Shown here piece by piece: positions 1 to 8,692 of a stretch of 48,091 bases of DNA. The stretch's first letter is position 1; every line of letters begins with the position of its first letter. The stretch is taken from assembly GCA_964390665.1 (NCBI GenBank), contig CAYMLS010000002.1:1-48091 (forward strand), read 5' to 3'. This DNA comes from an uncultured Bacteroidales bacterium. GTDB lineage: Bacteria; Bacteroidota; Bacteroidia; Bacteroidales; UBA7960. Under the pieces are notes generated by a model that was not told the origin of the DNA, did no database searches, and saw only the letters and a program-made list of their open reading frames with translations. Made by a program: the position numbers and the translations under genes.

Positions 1-162
1 AAACCATTCAATAAAATTTTAAAATTTTGTATTCTCACATTTTATCATATAAGCAGAACTTATTTAATCAACTGATTTTATAAAAATTTATTTTACCTTT
101 GAAATATCTCCCTTTTTTTATTTCAAAACCCCTGGAAGGTTTTTCGATATATGGGTCAAGTA

Positions 163-281
163 AAAAAAGTATTTGTCCACAAATTTTCACAAATTTACAC
201 GAATTTAATTGATTGAAATTCAGCAATATAAAACAAAAAAAATACACGAATGTCTAAAAACAAGTTTTTAGACTGTACTCA
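163..281 (+). repeat. Family-2 intergenic repeat, copy 1
   Basis: AAAAAGTATTTGTCCACAAATTTTCACAAATTTACACGAATTT...ACACGAATG, then hairpin TCTAAAAAC/GTTTTTAGA (252-273), then CTGTACTCA. It aligns by eye over about 120 nt with 22608-22727. Confidence 0.6.
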
Positions 282-322
282 TATATCCTTTTTCTAAACC
301 TGTTTCTCGTTATAAATTTACC

Positions 323-1084
323 ATGAACATCGTTCCCCCTGTAAAAAAAATCCTTCACTTTCAGGCAATTAACTCAACCAATCAAAAAGCCAAAGAACTT
401 ATGCAGACCGAACCACTTCCTGAAGGTGCTGTTATCATCACTTCCTGCCAGCTGCAAGGAAGAGGATACGGAACCAATCAATGGGAAAGTGAACACGGGA
501 AAAACCTTACGGCATCTTTTATTCTGAAACCTTCCTTTATTGAACCCTACAAGCAATTTGCGATCACCCAATTGCTTTCTCTCGCAGTTGTGGATTCTAT
601 AAAATACTTTTACAAAGGAGAAAAGGTAATTTCCATCAAATGGCCGAATGATATTTACGCAGGCAATAAAAAAATTGCCGGAATCCTTACTGAAAACACC
701 ATCATGGGAGACAAAATTAAATATACCATTGCGGGTATTGGCATCAACATCAATCAGGTTAAATTCAGTGCTCTCCTCCCCAACCCCGTTTCTCTTTGCC
801 TGCTTACAAACCAGGAGACCCAAACCGAACTGGTTCTCGATGTTTTATACCAACAAATTTTTAAATGGTATGCTCACCTGCAACATTCCAACCCAACTGA
901 ATTAGAAGCTATTTATCTGGATAATCTTTACAGGTATAATATAAAATCAACATTCAAGGCAAATGAAAAAGGAACTTTCGATGGTATGATCACCGGTATA
1001 GATGATCTGGGACGTTTAAAAATCAAAACAAACGACAACAGAACGCATGTCTTTGCTTTCAAAGAAGTGGAGTTTCTGGTTTAA
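323..1084 (+). CDS. birA: Biotin--[acetyl-CoA-carboxylase] ligase (group I BirA, no N-terminal HTH)
   Basis: 253 aa ORF. It has the GRGYGTNQWES motif (BirA GRGRxGRxW-type biotin-binding loop) and KWPNDIYAGNKKIAGILTE, and the length fits a catalytic-only BirA. Confidence 0.85.
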   Translation: MNIVPPVKKILHFQAINSTNQKAKELMQTEPLPEGAVIITSCQLQGRGYGTNQWESEHGKNLTASFILKPSFIEPYKQFAITQLLSLAVVDSIKYFYKGEKVISIKWPNDIYAGNKKIAGILTENTIMGDKIKYTIAGIGININQVKFSALLPNPVSLCLLTNQETQTELVLDVLYQQIFKWYAHLQHSNPTELEAIYLDNLYRYNIKSTFKANEKGTFDGMITGIDDLGRLKIKTNDNRTHVFAFKEVEFLV

Positions 1085-1183
1085 AACATCAGATACTTTA
1101 AGAGCAAGTAAGAAAACATCAACAATAGAGTGTTTTCAGGTAAGCAACTTGTAAAGAAAAAACGGACGTTTACAAAGACTTGC

Positions 1184-1585
1184 TCAGGCAAAATGCTCCT
1201 GCAACTTCTGGGAAAGCATGTTCACGAAATTTTGCAGGGGTCTTGATGCAACACTCTTCACAAAAGGATTTAATTCCGCCCGAAAGGCAATTTCCACCTC
1301 AGACTGATCATTTGCCGTTGGAAAGATAAAACAATCAAGCGTGTAATCAATGGGATTTTTTCCATCAGCAACAATAAAAACACTTTTATTTTCTTTTTTG
1401 GAGGCGATGCGCATAGACAGATCTGCCAATCCTTCTATGGTAAAAGAACAATGTTCGTCATCTGATTTCCAGTTCTTTATTTGAGGCGGCATCAGATGCT
1501 CAAAATTATTGAAATTGCTGAGAAACTGATACACAGTTTCCGGTGATGCATTGACGATGGTTCTTTCACTCAAAAATTCTGTCAT
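1184..1585 (-). CDS. SRPBCC (START/polyketide-cyclase-like) family protein
   Basis: 133 aa. The N-terminus SERTIVNASPETVYQFLSNFNNFEHLMP is typical of SRPBCC ligand-binding fold proteins, and the size fits. Family-level call only. Confidence 0.55.
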   Translation of the reverse strand: MTEFLSERTIVNASPETVYQFLSNFNNFEHLMPPQIKNWKSDDEHCSFTIEGLADLSMRIASKKENKSVFIVADGKNPIDYTLDCFIFPTANDQSEVEIAFRAELNPFVKSVASRPLQNFVNMLSQKLQEHFA

Positions 1586-1762
1586 AGTTTTGCGGTTTTA
1601 TTGGTTTTAACGGTTATCGTACTATCTATCGGATCTGATGCATTTGGAAATCCTGAAACGACTGATCTGATTTTTGTCTGCCGCCAAAGGAAATATTGGT
1701 TTCTTTTGATCTTATCTTCTCAAACAGAGAACAAAGAATTTGTTTTTTCCGAAGAAAGGACA

Positions 1763-2407
1763 TCACATTGCCCTCCACTGGTGGGGGTTTTGTTTCCAGT
1801 TCTCCAGCAATTCAGTTTTGCTGTGATGCAACAATCCTTCGCTGATCGCCTGTTGAATAAGGGTATCGAAATCAGAAAGGGTGGAAATGGAAACTTTGGC
1901 ATCCTCCATATTTTGCCTGGCCTGGGGTAATCCGTAAGTAAAAATTGCCACCATTCCGAGCACCTCAGCCTGCGCATTTATTAAAGCGTCTACAGCCGAA
2001 AGACTGCTTTGTCCGGTACTGATAAGGTCTTCGATCACAACAACCTTCTTACCCGGTGGCAAATATCCTTCTATTTGATTACCCAGTCCATGTTCTTTTT
2101 TTGTACTTCGTACATAAACAAAAGGAAGATCAAGAATTTGGGCAACCAATACCCCGTGGGCAATGGCTCCGGTGGCTACACCAGCGATCACATCCGCCTC
2201 TGCAAATTGTGTTTTTACCTGCTCGCTCAAAGCTTTGCTTACGTATTCGCGTATATCCGGGAAGGATAATATTTTCCTGTTATCACAATAGATGGGTGAT
2301 CGAATACCGGATGCCCAGGTAAAAGGATTTTCTACATTGATTTTTACAGCTTCTATCTTTAAAAGATAAGAAGCAAGTTGTTCGGAAATTGTAAGTTTAT
2401 TTTTCAA
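1763..2407 (-). CDS. pyrE: Orotate phosphoribosyltransferase
   Basis: 214 aa. It has the PRPP-binding motif KVVVIEDLISTGQSS and FTWASGIRSPIYCDNR, characteristic of PyrE. Confidence 0.9.
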   Translation of the reverse strand: MKNKLTISEQLASYLLKIEAVKINVENPFTWASGIRSPIYCDNRKILSFPDIREYVSKALSEQVKTQFAEADVIAGVATGAIAHGVLVAQILDLPFVYVRSTKKEHGLGNQIEGYLPPGKKVVVIEDLISTGQSSLSAVDALINAQAEVLGMVAIFTYGLPQARQNMEDAKVSISTLSDFDTLIQQAISEGLLHHSKTELLENWKQNPHQWRAM

Positions 2408-2565
2408 ATCTCAGATCTTTTGTTATGAATTCTGTGCGATATCATTTTTTTTCCTGTTGTTGATCTGTATCCGTCTTCATGAAAACAAAAAACGAAGTTC
2501 AGACCCAGGGTAGTATCACAATTTTATTTTTTGACAAATGAATCCACCCTAAAAGTATATTATCC

Positions 2566-2633
2566 ATGAACCGAAGCGAAGCGGAGCCCGACAAAGTCAA
2601 TTTTTCCGAAAATAAGTTTTCTGAGTGGACTCA
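2566..2633 (+). repeat. Family-2 repeat, partial/rearranged copy 2
   Basis: TCCGAAAATAAGTTTTCTGAGTGGACTCA (2605-2633) matches the hairpin-plus-tail module. The preceding GAACCGAAGCGAAGCGGAGCCCGACAAAGTC resembles the reverse complement of 22747-22787. Confidence 0.45.
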
Positions 2634-2699
2634 CAGATTGCCTGAAATATCTGCCCGGTGATTTTCCCGGAAGCATCTTACCTGTAAATTTTATTGCCT

Positions 2700-2762
2700 G
2701 TTTTTCATGAAAATTTATTATAATCTTCTTTGCATGCTTAATGGTATTGTCATGGTTCGGTT
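2700..2762 (-). repeat. Family-1 element, internally deleted derivative (copy F)
   Basis: TTTTTCATGAAAATTTATTATAATC...TTTGCATGCTTAATGG..TATTGTCATGGTTCGGTTC retains both ends and the GCATG box but is only about 63 nt long. Confidence 0.5.
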
Positions 2763-3199
2763 CTATTGTTTTATGAAACCAGAATACACAAGAAAACAGG
2801 ATTTAAAAACCTCATTTTCAAATCTTTAATACTTCCGGTCACATCACAAGCACACCAAAACAATTGGCAAACCTACTAAATTTTTCAATATAAATGTTTT
2901 ATTTGCCCAATGAATAGTAAAACCCGGCGAAACGACTTTTTAAGATGCGCACAATTCTTCATGGAAAAACTTTATCTTCATCTGAGGATAATTTGCACAA
3001 AAACAATTCAGGCTGTTTCAGGGAAAGAGCCTAATTTTGATTTTCCAGATGGATGATTAAAAATTATGGAAATCCACCTTTTTTTTCACGAATCCGGTAC
3101 CCTTTCTTAGTGTTTTATAATTGTTTTACCAGTGCTTGCCTTGCATTTGCTTCATCCCTGGATGATAATAAATCATTGATTTCAAAAATTGAATTCTAT

Positions 3200-3826
3200 A
3201 TGAGTAAAAAAATATTTTTTGAAAACACCACCTTTTTGCTTTCCAAAAAGAAAAAAAACAATGTTGATAAATATTATAGATTTGAGGAACTTCAACATAT
3301 AAATTTACATACATGGATGCAAAAAACAAAGAACTTTCATACAAACCAAATCATAAACATATGGGGGAAAAAAGGAAAAGATACACTTGAGTTTTTTAAG
3401 TACAATCTGATATTCATAAAAGCAGCAGGCGGATTGGTAAAAAATGAGTTGGGAGAGATCTTGTTTATTTACAGAAAAAACAAATGGGATCTGCCCAAAG
3501 GAAAACCTGAAGGCAAGGAAAGCATGGAAGAGACTGCCATAAGAGAAGTCATGGAAGAATGCGGAATTGACGGTTTACATATAGAAAAAAAAATACCCTC
3601 CACTTACCATATTTACAGGTGTAACAGCAAATACTTTGCGCTCAAAAAGTCAATTTGGTATTTGATGTTTTCCGCGGATTGGAAAGATGTTAAGTTGCAA
3701 TATGAAGAGGAAATAACCGATTATAAATGGATCGCTCCGCCTGTTCCTTTGTCTTTAATGAAAAAAGCATTTCCCTCCATTAAAGATCTGATAGAAAAAC
3801 TAAACTTACACCAAAAAAGTAAGTAG
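3200..3826 (+). CDS. NUDIX hydrolase
   Basis: Nudix box GKPEGKESMEETAIREVMEECGI (GX5EX7REUXEEXGU). The track ORF starts at 3053, but the first 49 aa are low-complexity and lie in an AT-rich spacer. ATG at 3200 (MSKKIFF) is the more plausible start; the start is uncertain. Confidence 0.75.
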   Translation: MSKKIFFENTTFLLSKKKKNNVDKYYRFEELQHINLHTWMQKTKNFHTNQIINIWGKKGKDTLEFFKYNLIFIKAAGGLVKNELGEILFIYRKNKWDLPKGKPEGKESMEETAIREVMEECGIDGLHIEKKIPSTYHIYRCNSKYFALKKSIWYLMFSADWKDVKLQYEEEITDYKWIAPPVPLSLMKKAFPSIKDLIEKLNLHQKSK

Positions 3827-3834
3827 TGTCCTCA

Positions 3835-5250
3835 TTATTGCTGATTGTTTCTTCTTCTCTGGAAAAGCAAATACTCAAATGTAGTGATCAGTTCTCCTGA
3901 AGGATAAGGGGCAGGGTATTTTAAAATATCACCTTCCGGGGAAATCAGCACAAAAAACGGTACAGCCCGAATGCGGTAATCATCTAAAATATCAAAACGA
4001 TGATTAAAATATAAATGCATCCAATCAAACGGATGTGTTTGGATGTAATCTTGAAAATCCGACTTGTGCCGGTCTGTCATCACGGTTAAAAAGGAGAATT
4101 GATCTTCATATTTTTCTGCCAACTCCTGCAAAGCATAAGATTCAATCAGACACGTCTGGCAGGCAGAAGAACCAAAAGAAAGCAGAAGAAATTTACCGCT
4201 GAAATCATCCGGAACAGAAACTTTTGCTCCTTCCGGGTTAGGTAGTTCAAATGATGGCGCCGGCGATCCTTCTGATAAATAAGTTTTTTGATACAAAATA
4301 TTACTGGCTATCTCACGATGACGGAAAAACTTACTGTTTTGAGTAATATGATCTAAGATATCTTTCACATTTTGTGTGCTGAATTCGGGTTTGCCATACA
4401 TGTCGTCCAATCCTTTCAGCAAGACCAACTCGCGAAGCAACTCATTCCTGAGTACAGTATCTTTCCCTAAAGAATCCATCACCGCATCATAACTGTTGAG
4501 TTGGTTTACAGTATAAGTAAGATCAGCGTAGTTGAGAGAACGACTTCCGGCAAAAATATAAGATTCAAATACAGCATTGAAAAAAATCATATACTGCGTG
4601 TTATCGTATAGTATGTCTTTGTTGAGAATGTAACGGTCAAATTGTTTGGCAGTACTTATTGAATTGGAAACACGGTAGTAATAAGCAAATTTGTAAGTAA
4701 AGTAATCCCTGAAATATGGGTCGGAGATACCTTTAAAAACAGAATCCATTTCTAACCTGAATTGATCAAGCATTTCAAAATTCCTGGATTTCTGCATTCG
4801 AACAAAATTTTCCGACAAAAAATCCTGGAAAAGCTCGTCAAAATGATTGATATGGGTATTCAGATCGTTTTGTGGTTGTTGGATGTCAAAAGAAAAGTAC
4901 CATGGATCCATATAAGGATTCCTCTGATCATTTAACTGATTGAAATCAACAGGGTCAAAACGGAGGTAGTATTTTTCTCCGGGTTTTACAAACATATGCA
5001 TACGCGCATGATCTATACGGAAAAAAATATTTTTGGTGGCATCCATCCGGAATGTCATCGAAAAATTACCGAGGGAATCAATCATTTGCCTGTCTGCTTC
5101 CTTTTCAAGATAGGTGATATGGTCAGCATACTGAAATACCCTTAACATACGCCCTTCAGCGCCGGGAAAGTTTCCTTCAATCGTTACTTCATTTTGTGGA
5201 TGAGATAAAAAAGGAGAACAGATGATCCATAAAAGCAAGAAAATTCTCAT
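3835..5250 (-). CDS. Secreted thioredoxin-fold (TlpA/redoxin-like) protein with a large N-terminal domain
   Basis: The C-terminal region has FLLLSFGSSACQTCLIE (CxxC in a thioredoxin-fold context). Signal peptide MRIFLLLWIICSPFLSHPQ. The track ORF begins at a TTG (5262); ATG at 5250 is preferred. Confidence 0.65.
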   Translation of the reverse strand: MRIFLLLWIICSPFLSHPQNEVTIEGNFPGAEGRMLRVFQYADHITYLEKEADRQMIDSLGNFSMTFRMDATKNIFFRIDHARMHMFVKPGEKYYLRFDPVDFNQLNDQRNPYMDPWYFSFDIQQPQNDLNTHINHFDELFQDFLSENFVRMQKSRNFEMLDQFRLEMDSVFKGISDPYFRDYFTYKFAYYYRVSNSISTAKQFDRYILNKDILYDNTQYMIFFNAVFESYIFAGSRSLNYADLTYTVNQLNSYDAVMDSLGKDTVLRNELLRELVLLKGLDDMYGKPEFSTQNVKDILDHITQNSKFFRHREIASNILYQKTYLSEGSPAPSFELPNPEGAKVSVPDDFSGKFLLLSFGSSACQTCLIESYALQELAEKYEDQFSFLTVMTDRHKSDFQDYIQTHPFDWMHLYFNHRFDILDDYRIRAVPFFVLISPEGDILKYPAPYPSGELITTFEYLLFQRRRNNQQ

Positions 5251-5488
5251 GTTACAGCCCAATTTTTAGTTACAATTGGTTAGCAGATATGAAACGAGTG
5301 AATTGAAAAAATATTCTTTTTACCTGCTGATGATCACGATTGTTATTTATTGTACGATAAAGGCATCGAAAAGTTCAAAACATTAAACTTCCTTTTCAAA
5401 CCAATGAATGAATAATATTGTTAATTTTAAAGAAACTTTTTCCTTTACCAATCTCTTTAATACCCCGTTTTTACCAAAATCCAATCCT

Positions 5489-6181
5489 ATGAAAACGATC
5501 CTTTTCTTTCAGGCAATACTATTCACCGGCATTTTATCTATGTCTACAAATCCTTTGCAACAAAATGATTGCAGGGTGCTGATTCCCGAAATTGCGGAAA
5601 ACTATAAAGGGGATTGCAAAAACGGACTGGCACATGGGCAGGGAGTTGCATCCGGCACCGACCACTATAAAGGGAAGTTTAAAGAAGGACTTCCCCATGG
5701 AAGAGGAACTTACACCTGGGAAGACGGAAGTATCTATAAAGGAAGATGGAGAGAAGGAGAACGCGACGGTAGAGGTACATATGTTAAAATTGTCGACAAT
5801 GAAGAAATGATCAGTAAAGGAATCTGGCAGGCAGATACTTTTTTAAGAGACAGGAGAACCAAAGAATACAGCGTAGGACATGTTTTGAATGTTGACAGAT
5901 ACACCATCAGAAAAATTGATGAAACGCCAGATAGAATTATGGTATTTCTGCAGCAGAGAGGAAGTCAGAATACCAACGTAAGAAACTTTCATTTTTTAAT
6001 GGATGGAGATGGAGAGAGATATTTCATGGGCGGACAGATCGGATATCAAAATGTAAAGTTTCCCGCCCGGTGTCAAATAACCTACGAAACACCCGATATT
6101 TTTGAAAATGTTGTTTACAGGGTCAGAATGGAAGTAACCATTAACGAACCCGGAGATTGGCTGATAACTTTGCACAATTAA
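5489..6181 (+). CDS. MORN-repeat secreted protein
   Basis: Consecutive YxGxxxxGxxHGxG repeats (YKGDCKNGLAHGQG, YKGKFKEGLPHGRG, YKGRWREGERDGRG). The signal-like N-terminus MKTILFFQAILFTGILS begins at internal ATG 5489 (track ORF from 5408). Confidence 0.7.
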   Translation: MKTILFFQAILFTGILSMSTNPLQQNDCRVLIPEIAENYKGDCKNGLAHGQGVASGTDHYKGKFKEGLPHGRGTYTWEDGSIYKGRWREGERDGRGTYVKIVDNEEMISKGIWQADTFLRDRRTKEYSVGHVLNVDRYTIRKIDETPDRIMVFLQQRGSQNTNVRNFHFLMDGDGERYFMGGQIGYQNVKFPARCQITYETPDIFENVVYRVRMEVTINEPGDWLITLHN

Positions 6182-6218
6182 ACAAAGAGTTCACTCCACA
6201 AAAAGACTTTGGTCTTTC

Positions 6219-7661
6219 CTAAAGAGCGGAAATCCATTTGGGCAAAGTTTCTTCTTCAAATTCTTCCTGCATTTCTCTTAGTTTATCCATATCCAATCCT
6301 ATAAACTCCTGTGCTTTCTCTTTCGTAGAAATGTCCGGCATTTCAATAGGAAACTCAAGGTCGTACCTGGCATAAACCGGGGCAAGCAAAATACGGGCTT
6401 CCTGGCTTTTCTGAATAGATGTGCCCAGTACCCTGAGTGCCACATTTGGTGAATGTATGCCATAACCGTTGGCAGCAGCTACCCAGTCCCATCGCCATTG
6501 TGCATGTCTGATAAGGGTAAGCACCTCTTCCATTTCTCCTTCTGTTGCGCCGGCATCCCATGCTCTCTTTGCTTCAATATGCAACTGTGCCAGATTTTTT
6601 TCTGCAATCCGTCTTAGTTCGGCAACTTTATCCTGACGATCATAAACATTGGCTAGCAAAGTAGATTCGCTTTCACGATGACATACCTGGCAGGTATTTT
6701 CTATATTATTCAAAGGACTACTAATATGATGATTGGTAAATTTAATGCCCCCTTCGCGTTTGTAAGGCATATGACAATCGGCACAGCTTACGCCTCTTTC
6801 GGCATGAATTCCTGTTTTGTATAGTTCATAATCAGGATGTTGCGCTTTAAGCATAGGTGCTTTGCTAAGGGCATGCACCCAATCAACGTGCCCAATATTA
6901 TCATAATATTCTTCCATTTCATCGGCAGAAAAACCATCGTCCCAGGGGAACTTCAGGTAGTTATTTTCACCAAAATAATATTCGACGTGGCACTGAGCAC
7001 ATACCAGTGAACGCATTTCCTGCATATCAGCCTCTTCAATGTTCAATCCTCTTCTTTCGTAGGCTTCAACCAAAGCTGGTCGGGTAATGCGCAGGTTCAT
7101 TGTTTGAGGATCATGGCAATCCTGACATCCGATATGATTCTGCACTTCATCTCCTAAATCTTTCCATGTGCCTGCATAAAACTCTGCAACCCCCATTTCA
7201 TTCATCAGTCGGGGAACATCGGTACTTTTACAAGTCCAGCAGGTAGCTGCCATAGGAGTTACAGTTCTCAGGGTGCTTCGGATGTCATCAATGGCATAAT
7301 AATGCCCCCGCCCCTGGTTATAGTCCCTTGAAAAAGCATATCCGGCCCACATCACCACCATCTCCGGGTATCTTTCAAGATAATCAATGGTTGCCGAACC
7401 TACGTATTTACTTCTGAAAGTAGTATCCTGGGTTCTCATATAGCTTTCATATTGCCTGGGGAAGTTCTCACCCCATACAGCATTATCGGGTTCCCAGTCT
7501 GAGATTGGATTCACCATTTGAAAATAGAGTTGTGCTTCGCTTCTTCGTTCAACAATGGAAGAAGCAAATAAACCGATAACAAAAACAACAATCACGGTTA
7601 CAAAAAAAAGGAACCAATTGATCCATGGTTTTTCTTTGGATATTTCTCTGATACTTTTCAT
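6219..7661 (-). CDS. nrfA: Ammonia-forming cytochrome c nitrite reductase, pentaheme catalytic subunit
   Basis: 480 aa. It has the diagnostic CWTCK (CXXCK) active-site haem motif plus four CXXCH motifs (CQDCH, CAQCH, CADCH, CQVCH). It has an N-terminal membrane anchor and lies directly downstream of nrfH. Confidence 0.92.
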   Translation of the reverse strand: MKSIREISKEKPWINWFLFFVTVIVVFVIGLFASSIVERRSEAQLYFQMVNPISDWEPDNAVWGENFPRQYESYMRTQDTTFRSKYVGSATIDYLERYPEMVVMWAGYAFSRDYNQGRGHYYAIDDIRSTLRTVTPMAATCWTCKSTDVPRLMNEMGVAEFYAGTWKDLGDEVQNHIGCQDCHDPQTMNLRITRPALVEAYERRGLNIEEADMQEMRSLVCAQCHVEYYFGENNYLKFPWDDGFSADEMEEYYDNIGHVDWVHALSKAPMLKAQHPDYELYKTGIHAERGVSCADCHMPYKREGGIKFTNHHISSPLNNIENTCQVCHRESESTLLANVYDRQDKVAELRRIAEKNLAQLHIEAKRAWDAGATEGEMEEVLTLIRHAQWRWDWVAAANGYGIHSPNVALRVLGTSIQKSQEARILLAPVYARYDLEFPIEMPDISTKEKAQEFIGLDMDKLREMQEEFEEETLPKWISAL

Positions 7662-7807
7662 CTGTTTATAATTTTATTAAAGTTGTTAGATGCCTGTCTC
7701 GTTTTTTCCAACGAGAGAGCTCGCCAAAACTCTGACTACATGTTTTACCATGCCGCGAATGATCATCATGCGCGTGTGTGTCAAAATTTTGTCATGCCCC
7801 GGTTCAT
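7655..7807 (-). repeat. Family-1 intergenic element, copy A (nrfH-nrfA spacer)
   Basis: It shares CTGACTaCATGTTTTACCATGCCGCGAAT...GTGTGTCAAAATTTTGTCATGcCCCGGTTCA and CTGTTTATAATTTTATTAAA with the other copies. Hairpin TCTCGTT/AACGAGA lies at 7697-7716. Strand is given as the one reading TGAACCG...TATAAACAGAT. Confidence 0.85.
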
Positions 7808-7866
7808 ATGTCTAAATTTTTATCCGTATAGTACTTTCTTATATTGATAATGGATGTTTTTCTTTT

Positions 7867-8460
7867 TTACTCAAGTAAACCTTCCATCCAGGAAGGTAAG
7901 GTAGAAGGTAACCTCTTTACCAGAGCATGGGGAGCAGCAGAAGCACTTTGCACTGTACCATGTGGTGTTTCACGATGACAATCCCAGCAAAGTTTCGCTT
8001 CATCCTTCATCGCCATGTTGCCGGTCATTTCCACCAGACGGGTCATCTCAACCAAATCATCATGACACCTTATACAGTTTTCCTGTACTACATTAACACC
8101 TGCACTTTTGATATCTATGACCTGCGGCTCCCATCGCATGGTAAAATAGGTGGCATGACGTAAACCATCAGATGCCTTGAAAAAATAAGTCCGTAAAAAA
8201 TGATCCTGAGGCACATGACAATCATTGCAGGTTGCATAATTTTCATGGCTGCTTTTCGTCCAGGAAGCATAATGTGGATACATCACATGACAGTTAATAC
8301 ATGCATCGGGTTCGTCGGAAAGATAGGATCCTGCTCTGGAGATATGCACCACAAGAAACAATATGCCACAAAAAATACCCAACAGAACAATCACAGTTCT
8401 TTTCCAACGCAATGGCGGTTCCAGCAGTTTCAGAATTTTTCTCAGGGTCTCCATAGACAA
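7867..8460 (-). CDS. nrfH: Cytochrome c nitrite reductase small subunit, NapC/NirT-family tetrahaem quinol dehydrogenase
   Basis: 197 aa. It has an N-terminal TM helix and four CXXCH motifs (CINCH, CNDCH, CIRCH, CWDCH), and lies upstream of nrfA on the same strand. Confidence 0.88.
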   Translation of the reverse strand: MSMETLRKILKLLEPPLRWKRTVIVLLGIFCGILFLVVHISRAGSYLSDEPDACINCHVMYPHYASWTKSSHENYATCNDCHVPQDHFLRTYFFKASDGLRHATYFTMRWEPQVIDIKSAGVNVVQENCIRCHDDLVEMTRLVEMTGNMAMKDEAKLCWDCHRETPHGTVQSASAAPHALVKRLPSTLPSWMEGLLE

Positions 8461-8482
8461 CTTATTTAAGAAAACAAGTACT

Positions 8483-8514
8483 CAAATGTAGTTTTAATAC
8501 TACAAATAGCCAAA
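8483..8514 (-). promoter_or_regulatory. Candidate Bacteroidota sigma-A promoter for nrfH (TTTG-N20-TACATTTG)
   Basis: On the minus strand, TTTG (8511-8514) is followed after 20 nt by TACATTTG (8483-8490). This matches the TTTG / TAnnTTTG -33/-7 consensus and sits about 22 nt upstream of the nrfH ATG. A TGTAGT-N6-ACTACA palindrome (8487-8504) overlaps it. Confidence 0.4.
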
Positions 8515-8692
8515 ATATAACTCCACATAAATGATATTTATAATCATTTTAAATAAGAAATAAGGAGGTAATTTTTTCTGTTGATTAAAATATGTGGTTT
8601 ATGCAATTAAAAACCTTTTTAATCAATAATAATTTCTAAATTTGTTAGACAATAATCAGGTGGTTATTTTTTACTGACTTTACAATCGTTTT

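Noticed and set aside
3053-3199. N-terminal 49-aa extension of the NUDIX ORF.
   Set aside because: The extension is hydrophobic and low-complexity, lies in the AT-rich spacer and is not needed for the Nudix fold. The internal ATG at 3200 is preferred, though the start remains uncertain.
6202-6217. Small AAAGAC/GTCTTT hairpin between the MORN gene and nrfA as a shared terminator.
   Set aside because: The stem is only 6 bp and AT-rich, it abuts the nrfA stop codon, and the T-run is weak. The evidence is insufficient.
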